The position numbers and the translations under genes are program-made. Under the pieces are notes generated by a model. The model was not told the DNA's origin, searched no databases, and worked only from the letters and a program-made list of their open reading frames with translations. Below are positions 1 through 6,860 of a DNA stretch of 7,798 bases, piece after piece; the stretch's first letter is position 1; each line of letters opens with the position of its first letter. The stretch is from Octopus sinensis (lineage: Eukaryota): the NCBI RefSeq assembly GCF_006345805.1, contig NW_021828773.1, positions 1 through 7,798 on the forward strand, in the 5' to 3' direction.

Positions 1-336
1 AAATTTGTACTTGGTCATATTTGCACTGTGTGCTGGGACATTGTCATGCTATAAGAATGTGCGTCGTCGATTGAGATGGGTAGTATGCATTTGCAGACGC
101 TCCACCACACACAGAGTCACACATACTCACTCACGCAAGCACAGACAAGCGTACCCACACTCGTACACAGCATAAAATGAACGATAGAATCTTTTTGTTG
201 GTTAATATTTTGTAATATAATGTCTTTGACTCTTTGATATTAATTAAAATATTTGGGTGTTGTTTACAGTATTAGTTGCAAACATTATAATTAACATGAC
301 CCTGTCAGATAGAGGTTGTCTGTGGTGGCTTTAGCA

Positions 337-410
337 TCAACTACAACGACAGCAACAATAATGATAAATGATAACACGAACAATAGTATTAATAATGTAA
401 TAATGCAATG
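337..410. repeat. Degenerate (AAC/AAT)n low-complexity tract
   Basis: caactacaacgacagcaacaataatgataaatgataac...aataatgtaataatgcaatg; decayed trinucleotide periodicity directly 5' of the SINE. Confidence 0.55.
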
Positions 411-412
411 AA

Positions 413-645
413 GGTGACGAGCTTGCAGAATCGTTAGCTCGTCGGGCGAAATGCTTAGCGGTATATCGTCTGCCATTACGTTCTGAGTTCAAATTCCGCC
501 GAGGTTGCCTTTGCCTTTCATCCTTTTCGGGGTCGATTAAATAAGTACCAGTTACGCACTAGGGTCTATGTAATCGACTTAATCCGTTTGTCTGTCCTTG
601 TTTGTCTTCTCTATGTTTAGCCCCTTGTGGGTAGTAAAGAAATAG
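413..645 (+). mobile_element. tRNA-derived SINE, unit 1 (with head) of a multimer; octopus-type family
   Basis: Head ggtgacgagcttgcagaatcgttagc with an A-box-like ttgcagaatcg. B box gagttcaaattcc at 485-497, core cggggtcgattaaataagtaccag, 3' end ccccttgtgggtagtaaagaaatag. Matches my recollection of an abundant octopus SINE; I cannot assign a published family name. Confidence 0.85.
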
Positions 646-829
646 ATATTTCGTCTGCCACTACGTCCTGAGTTCAAATTCTGCCGAGGTCGCCTTTGCC
701 TTTCATCATTTCGGGGTCGATTAAATAAGTACCAGTTACGCACTAGGGTCTATGTAATCGACTTAATCCGTTTGTCTGTCCTTGTTTGTCTTCTCTATGT
801 TTAGCCCCTTGTGGGTAGTAAAGAAATAG
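646..829 (+). mobile_element. SINE unit 2 (headless, 184 bp)
   Basis: Starts atatttcgtctgcc and lacks the first ~48 nt and A box. B box at 670. The 3' part is identical to unit 1 from 525 onward. Confidence 0.9.
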
Positions 830-1004
830 ATATTTCGTCTGCCACTACGTCCTGAGTTCAAATTCTGCCGAGGTCGCCTTTGCCTTTCATTATTTCGGGG
901 TCGATTAAATAAGTACCAGTTACGCACTAGGGTCTATGTAATCGACTTAATCCGTTTGTCTGTCCTTGTTTGTCCCTTCTATTTGTGGGCAATAAAGAAA
1001 TAAG
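830..1004 (+). mobile_element. SINE unit 3 (headless)
   Basis: Identical to unit 2 over 830-974 except one base (707 C vs 891 T). Variant shortened end tgtcccttctatttgtgggcaataaagaaataag. Confidence 0.9.
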
Positions 1005-1008
1005 AAAA

Positions 1009-1190
1009 GTTAGCACGCCAGGCGAAATGCTCAGCGGTAATTCGTCAGTCTTTACGTTCTGAGTTCAAATTACGCTGAGATCGACTTTCGGGGTCGATAA
1101 ATTAAGCACCAGCTGCGTACTGGAGTAGATCTAATCGACTGGCCCCCTCCCCAAAAACTTCGTGCCTTGTACCTAGAGCAGAAAAGAATA
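1009..1190 (+). mobile_element. SINE unit 4 (terminal unit, alternative 3' end)
   Basis: Starts gttagcacgccaggcgaaatgc, B box at 1061. About 14 bp (gcctttcatccttt-like) is deleted between cttt microhomologies at ~1088. The tail differs from units 1-3: ggccccctccccaaaaacttcgtgccttgtacctagagcagaaaagaata. Confidence 0.85.
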
Positions 1191-1202
1191 TTAAAGCGGC
1201 TA

Positions 1203-1417
1203 AAGGCGGCACTCTGGGATTATCGTTAGCAATGCCGGCAAAATGCTTTGCAACATTTCGTTCGACTTTATGTTGTAAATTTATATTCCGCCGAGGTCAA
1301 CTTTGCTTTTCATGCTTTCGGCTTTGATGAAATAAATACTACTCAAGTACTGGGGATTGATATGATCGACGAGCTCCCTCCCCTAAACTTTCAGGCCTTG
1401 TGGCTATAGTAGAAGGG

Positions 1418-1418
<1 letters not shown>
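1203..1418 (+). mobile_element. Older, diverged SINE of the same family
   Basis: aaggcggc head, cgttagcaatgccggcaaaatgc, ttccgccgaggtcaactttgc, ctggggattgatatgatcgac, and tail ctcccctaaactttcaggccttgtggctatagtagaagg followed by (ATT)n. B box is degenerate. Confidence 0.8.
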
Positions 1419-1464
<46 letters not shown>

Positions 1465-1473
1465 TATTATTAT
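1419..1473. repeat. (TTA)n microsatellite, probable SINE tail
   Basis: Uninterrupted tta/att run to 1460, then one interruption; directly follows the SINE 3' end. Confidence 0.95.
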
Positions 1474-1475
1474 GG

Positions 1476-1582
1476 CTTCTTCTTTTTTCTTGTTCTTCTT
1501 CTTCTCCTCCTCCCCCTTCTTTTTCTTCTTCTTCTTCTTCTTCTTCTTTTTCTTCTTCTTCTTCTTTTTCTTCTTCTTCTTC
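1476..1582. repeat. (TTC)n/(GAA)n microsatellite with TTT/CTC variants
   Basis: Pure pyrimidine on + apart from one G; triplet periodicity. Confidence 0.95.
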
Positions 1583-1880
1583 CAACCTGGACTCATGCCA
1601 TTAGCCACGAAGAATAATCTCTAATTCGAGCCTACTCTAAACTACTAAGAATGCGTGTGGCAACTTGAAGATCCACTCACCACACGCGATAGACCAGCGG
1701 TTGCGCGGGCGCGAAAGCTACGTTGTTACGTTGTTACGTTGTTACCCTCATTCCGTAAACGGTGGCTTTTAACGGGCGGAGAGCTAACCATCCTGGGGTA
1801 CAGGGGATTCGCAATCTAGACTAGGGTCTGAAAGTTTACCACACCATAGTGGGTTACACCACGTTTCCTCTGCTTTGTGG
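1583..1880 (-). mobile_element. Unassigned CpG-rich segment, possible non-LTR retroelement 3' end
   Basis: About 50% GC with many intact CpGs in AT-rich surroundings. On the minus strand it runs directly into (GAA)n (…catgagtccaggttgg|aagaagaag), and short tandem-repeat tails are typical of RTE-clade and other non-LTR elements. No RT-like translation seen. Inference only. Confidence 0.4.
1719..1745. repeat. 8-bp tandem repeat (TACGTTGT)x3.4
   Basis: tacgttgt tacgttgt tacgttgt tac. Confidence 0.95.
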
Positions 1881-2071
1881 CAGAAGTAGGCAGAAAGAGT
1901 GAGAGAAAGTTGTGGTGAAAAAGTACAGCGGGGTTCACCTCCCCCACCGCCGGAGCCTCGTGGTGCTTAGATGTTTTTGCTCAATAAACACAATGCCTGA
2001 TCTGGGAATCGAAACCGCGTTCTTACGACCGCAAGTCCGCTGCCCTAGCCACAGGGCCATTGCGCCTCCAC
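1881..2071 (-). mobile_element. tRNA-derived SINE of a second octopus-type family (head and core, usual 3' part absent)
   Basis: Minus strand reads gtggaggcgcaatggccctgtggctagggcagcggacttgcggtcgtaagaacgcggtttcgattcccagatc… A box TGGCCCTGTGG (2049-2059), B-box-like GGTTTCGATTCCC (2004-2016), then …ctccggcggtgggggaggtgaaccccgctgtactttttcaccacaactttctctcactctttc. Confidence 0.85.
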
Positions 2072-2554
2072 GCTGCTGTTGCTGTCGTTGTTCTTTAAAA
2101 ATATCCCCGAAGATAACTTCTGTCTAACGGGGTCATGTTAATTACAATGTGCGTAACTAATACTGTAAACAACACCCGAACATTTCTAATTACTATCAAG
2201 AGTCAATGGTATAATATTACAACTAAATAAATAGCAAATACACTTGGTTGACCTTCACATTCAGGACAGGTCAAAAGATAGAGGCCAGATTAATTTAGAC
2301 CACCCCTCTCCTAGAGGTCGAAATGAGTTTTCCACAGGGACAACACCTATATCTAGAGGGGCTTCCCTTTGGAAAATTTATGACACGGTGCGATAAAATT
2401 TCACCGAAAGCAGGAATCCAGCTGAAGAGAAGCGAAAAAAAAAAAACAGAATCCAATCAAGAAGACTGGGAAAATAGTCGGTGGCCTATGCTTCAAAGGG
2501 AGGTAAGCGATAAAGTAGAAAATATTTTTGGAAATAATAACGAAGCTAAAACTA

Positions 2555-2576
2555 GCGGTGCTCCAGCATGGCCACA
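2555..2576 (+). mobile_element. Very short SINE-like remnant
   Basis: gcggtgctccagcatggccaca matches my recollection of a conserved motif near the end of a third octopus SINE family. Only ~22 bp long and cut at the duplication breakpoint. Confidence 0.4.
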
Positions 2577-2667
2577 ACGAGTCCCTTCTTACACAGAACG
2601 TGACCAATTGAATTGTGTGAAAAACCATAATAAAATTTCAATGAAAATCTTCTGTATGAATAGTATA

Positions 2668-2720
2668 TGTGTGTGTGTGTATGTATGTATGTATGTATGT
2701 ATGTATGTATGTATGTATGT
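2668..2720. repeat. (TG)n(TATG)n microsatellite
   Basis: tgtgtgtgtgtgtatgtatgtatg…. Confidence 0.95.
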
Positions 2721-2734
2721 ACGTACAGTATATA

Positions 2735-2906
2735 CAGTAATCCCTCACCATATCGCGGTTCACCTATCGTGCCATCAGAACATCGCGGATTTTTCTGGCT
2801 TAATATATGTAAATTTATATCACAGACTTCTCAGTATATCGCGGGTTTCTGCGGCCGATAGGTATTCATATTTTTTTAGATTTTAATTATTTCTGTGGTA
2901 AAATAA
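2735..2906. mobile_element. Truncated pogo/Tigger-like MITE (left end only)
   Basis: TA followed by cagtaatccctcaccatatcgcggttcacctatcg. Homology with the full copy stops after ctgtggtaaaataa, and no right TIR follows it. Confidence 0.8.
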
Positions 2907-3271
2907 TCTAAAACGTATAAAAGAATAAAAAATTTCTCTACATACACATAACCATTCAATTCACACCCTCTTCGATTATGAATTATGCGGAAATCATAAT
3001 TTCAACGATGCCTAAAATATTTGGCACATAAGTACACAGTCACAACAAGATAACACGTAATTAACCGGGCATTATTTTCTATAGTACAAATGACAATAGT
3101 GTATTAATTAAAGACATTGCAATACTAAATGTCTATAATATTGTCTGGTAACGAACTGAAAAGCAAAGGAATTACAATGTTTCATTTTCTAAGATGGTAG
3201 GGTGCTACTTGAATTGTTATTTTGTCTATTATTTTTTGCAAGTTCAGTAAACATGTTGCAGGCTTCTCGCA

Positions 3272-3304
3272 CGTGTGTGCATTATGTGTCTTGATGTGCA
3301 TTCG

Positions 3305-3339
<35 letters not shown>

Positions 3340-3650
3340 GAGAGTATGCATGCATGAATACACACGTTATATGTATGTATATATGTGGATATATATATAT
3401 ATATATACAAATTCAAATAGTTATATATATGTACATACATATGATGTATGTATATATGTACATATATATGATGTATGTATATATGTATAATATAATGCGT
3501 GTGTGTGTATGTATGTTTGTGGATATATATATATATATACATACATACACACAACACACACAAGCATACAGAGAGGGCGAATGAGAGAGAGAGGGGGAGG
3601 GAGGGAGGGGGATGGTGTGTGTGCGCCGGTGTGTACACGGTATGTATATG
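3272..3650. repeat. Compound (TA)n/(TATG)n/(TG)n/(CA)n/(GA)n/(GGGA)n block
   Basis: Direct inspection. Confidence 0.9.
3593..3611 (+). other. Canonical G-quadruplex motif
   Basis: GGGGG-A-GGG-A-GGG-A-GGGGG: four runs of at least 3 G with 1-nt loops. Folding is predicted, not shown. Confidence 0.7.
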
Positions 3651-3865
3651 CACGAGTATTCTTATTGTAAGATACTATCTTTGTTGTATCTCAGTTCTAT
3701 TGCAAAATAGCATTATGGTAGAATATGTGGAAAATGAGAATACATGGAATGAGGAAATGCAATAAATGGAATAATGATAGATACACAGACAGACTGAGGA
3801 AGACAAAAAGAAAAAGAGATAGATCGCTGGATAAATTGACCGATTAGTAAAGTCTGAGATACGTA

Positions 3866-4092
3866 GATGCAAATATATACATATGTATATAATGTATATA
3901 ATGTATATAATGTGTATATATATATATATATATATAAACACATATATTGGCACACACACACACAAACACATACATATATATATATATATATTATATATAT
4001 ATTATACATATATATATATATATATATACACATACACACACACATATATATACATACATACATATATGTATTATGTATACATATGTGTGTAC
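3866..4092. repeat. Compound (TA)n/(CA)n/(CATA)n block, includes (ATGTATATA)n 9-mer
   Basis: Direct inspection; atgtatata repeats ~3 times at 3883-3910. Confidence 0.9.
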
Positions 4093-4139
4093 ATAACAAG
4101 TAAAGTCAATCTCTGAGATTTTACAACTAGCTATTTTGC

Positions 4140-4186
4140 ATATACATACATACATACATACATACATACACATCACATACACACAC

Positions 4187-4220
<34 letters not shown>

Positions 4221-4266
4221 TATAGATAGATAGATAGATGATAGAAGATAGATAGATAGATAGAAT

Positions 4267-4300
<34 letters not shown>

Positions 4301-4336
4301 TAGATAGATAGATAGATAGAGATAGATAGTAGATAG
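4140..4336. repeat. (CATA)n/(CA)n followed by (GATA)n microsatellite
   Basis: catacata… to 4186, then agatagat… 4187-4336 with small interruptions. Confidence 0.95.
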
Positions 4337-4706
4337 CGAGTAGGGCATACATACAACGAGATCTCGGGATCTGCTCTGAAACACCAAGTTAATGCGACCC
4401 TTGTAAACTTGAGCAGTTTGTAAAAAGCAGAAAATGCCTCATTTTCCGACATTTATTTTCATGAACGCACCGCTACACCAACACAGAATTGGTCATTAAA
4501 CTTCCGTCGGCTAAGCTATGGAAGAAAGTATTTATTTCTATTCTTATTTTCAACTGTTGTATCTTGTTCTCTGTATTTTTTTATAAATTGCCGTGCAGGT
4601 ATCGTTATATTGGCGCCGGACTAATAGTCGCTTTTAGCGCTCAATCAACTACGCTTTTATTTTAAAAGGATTCTTCGACTCCATTTGTCTCTGGCACAAT
4701 GCACCC

Positions 4707-5433
4707 ATCTTTATCTAGCTATCTAACAAACACTATTTATTTATCTATCTATCTTTTTATTCATTTATGTAACTATCGATATGTGTGTGTGTACGAATAT
4801 ATATATATATACACACACACATGTATGCATGCATGTATTAGTTTTATATATATGTATGCATGTGCGTGTGTGTATGTATTTATGTGTTCATTTAGTAATT
4901 ACTGGAACACAGTTTAGACAACACATGTATTTATATGTATTTATGTTTGTATATATATGTGTGTGTGTATACAAATATATATATTTATGTATATATATGT
5001 GGGTGTATTATATATTCATATATACACATATATGCATTTATATGCTTACATATATATATATATTGTATATACATACATATATATATATGTTTGTGTATAT
5101 ATATACTTATATATATTTATATATATATACTTTGATATATGTATATATATATATATACATACACGCTATAAGCTACCTAGCTTCTTTTATGCCTATCTAT
5201 TTATATATCTATAGATGTATCCGTTTATTTGTCTACCTATTGGCCTATCGACCTTCATCTCTCTCTCTCTCTCCCTCTCACTCTCTTCATATATTTGTAT
5301 GCATGTATGTACACTTATATACATAAGTGTATATATGTGTGTGCATGCGTGTGTTTGCAATTATAAGCGTTTTACCCTCACTCAATATGCACACACATAT
5401 ATGTACATACATATCTGTACATATTTACATATG
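4707..5433. repeat. Degenerate (TATC)n/(TA)n/(TG)n/(CT)n low-complexity block
   Basis: Direct inspection; (CT)n at ~5259-5286. Confidence 0.85.
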
Positions 5434-5605
5434 CATACATACATACATACATACATACATACATGCATACATACATACATGCATGCATACATACATACAT
5501 ACATACATACATACATACATACATACATACATACATACATACATACATACATACATACATACATACATACATACATACATACATACATACATACATACAT
5601 ACATA
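5434..5605. repeat. (CATA)n microsatellite
   Basis: CATAx7, CATG, CATAx3, CATGx2, then 30 perfect CATA units (5486-5605). Confidence 0.98.
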
Positions 5606-5932
5606 GATCCATACCTAAATATATACATTTCTATATACAACAAAATACACAGGTTTATTATACTTTGCATTTTTCTTTCCTTATTTTTCCATTTCCCTCA
5701 CTCGCATACACATTATCCTCTCATCTTTCCCTCCCATTATTATGAATTCTCTTCTTACTTTCCCTCACGCGCCATATTTTTTTCTATCTCTTTAAATACG
5801 CCTATGTTTGGTTTTTCCTTCTTCCATGATATACTTACTTATCATTTCTCATTTTATGTGAGTTTTTCTCTCATTTAACATTTTTGTCAATCATGCTCTC
5901 ACCTCTCTCTTTCTCTTTTTCTCACTATACAT

Positions 5933-6061
5933 TTCTTCTTCTTCTTCTTCCTTCTTCTTCTTCTTCTTCTTCTTCTTCTTCTTCTTCTTCTTCTTCTTTT
6001 TCTTCTTCTTCTTCGTCATCATCGCCGACGTCGTCTTCATCATGATCATCATCTTCTTTTG

Positions 6062-6110
<49 letters not shown>

Positions 6111-6298
6111 CTCTGTCACCAATTCCAACAATTTCACCACTACTAACACTACTACTATCAGTACTACTACTGCTGCTGCTACCAACACCACCACCACCAC
6201 CACTACTACTACTAATCTTTATCTTCTTAATCGTCATCATAATCATTGTCTTTTACTCCTCCTCCTCCTCCTGCTACTACTACTAACACTACTACTAC
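5933..6298. repeat. Compound trinucleotide array (TTC)n-(TCA)n-(CTA)n-(CAC/CTG/CCA)n-(CTC)n-(CTA)n
   Basis: Direct inspection. Confidence 0.95.
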
Positions 6299-6299
6299 C

Positions 6300-6375
6300 T
6301 ACATACACATACATACATACATACATACATCATACATACATACATACATACATACATACATACATACATACATAC
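6300..6375. repeat. (CATA)n microsatellite
   Basis: Direct inspection; one 1-nt deletion near 6330. Confidence 0.95.
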
Positions 6376-6779
6376 CTAGGCTGCTACCTACTTCATTTTC
6401 TATCTCCATTTTCTCCGATTCTACTTCGTCTACGTTTAACTCTCCAACACTTTCGACATTTGTCGCTATCTATTGAGTGAGTTGCTTCTGTCCCAGGGCG
6501 AGACTTTCACTTTTGTTCACCTTGAATCCTGCCTGCATTAGACAAATAGGAAAAATATGATACGAACCCACCAACCTCAAACAGCATTATTTATATTACA
6601 TTATAATAGAACTATTTCTAAGAATGTTTTCTTCATTTTTCTTGCCCTTCAACCCTTCATACGTCTTGCTTATGTATTTCTGGATTATAACCCTTAGCTT
6701 TTGTGTTTCCATTCAGACAATATTTCGATCAGTCGGTTCGATTCTTCATTTTCTCCAGTTGGATTTGCATTCGGAACTT

Positions 6780-6817
6780 TATATCTAAATTTGTTTATTA
6801 TATCTAAATTTGTTTAT
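6780..6817. repeat. Perfect 19-bp tandem duplication
   Basis: tatatctaaatttgtttat x2 (6780-6798, 6799-6817). Confidence 0.95.
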
Positions 6818-6860
6818 TATTAATCTCTTAATAAACTGAAATGTTTAATTAATTAGTAAT

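Larger units (their letters stand above)
2579..2906 (+). repeat. Local direct duplication, copy A (partner 6861-7283)
   Basis: 91-bp unique flank (6 substitutions + 1 indel vs 6861-6952), then the microsatellite, then 172 bp of MITE (8 mismatches vs 7112-7283). Confidence 0.95.

Noticed and set aside
102-172. CA-rich stretch as a functional element
   Set aside because: It looks like a decayed (CA)n microsatellite with no further structure.
461-1004. Regular repeats as a CRISPR-like array
   Set aside because: Units are 175-185 bp SINE bodies with no unique spacers, in a eukaryotic context with no cas genes.
1700-1835. Hammerhead or HDV-like ribozyme (stem followed by GAAA at 1712 and 1830)
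   Set aside because: No CUGANGA core precedes the stems, and no P1/P2/P3/L3/J4-2 arrangement fits on either strand by hand.
413-2071. SINE heads as tRNA genes
   Set aside because: They have A/B boxes but no complete cloverleaf or acceptor stem, and they continue into SINE bodies.
2422-2437. CTGAAGA…GAAA as a hammerhead core
   Set aside because: Only ~5 nt lie between the motifs with no stem II, and no flanking stems I/III.
2323-2886. 187-aa ORF as an intact gene
   Set aside because: It reads through a SINE remnant, the duplication breakpoint, a microsatellite and a MITE. Only the first 60 codons are kept, as a weak exon candidate.
3008-3017. atgcctaaaa match to 7292-7301 as a continuation of the duplication
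   Set aside because: An isolated AT-rich 10-mer whose neighbouring sequence does not align.
3156-3180. Strong minus-strand acceptor (ttcctttgcttttcag)
   Set aside because: All three downstream frames stop within ~16 codons and there is no good donor. It shows how often such signals arise by chance.
3794-3840. Strong minus-strand acceptor with branch-like tactaat
   Set aside because: Followed by low-complexity pyrimidine-rich sequence with no exon-like content or donor.
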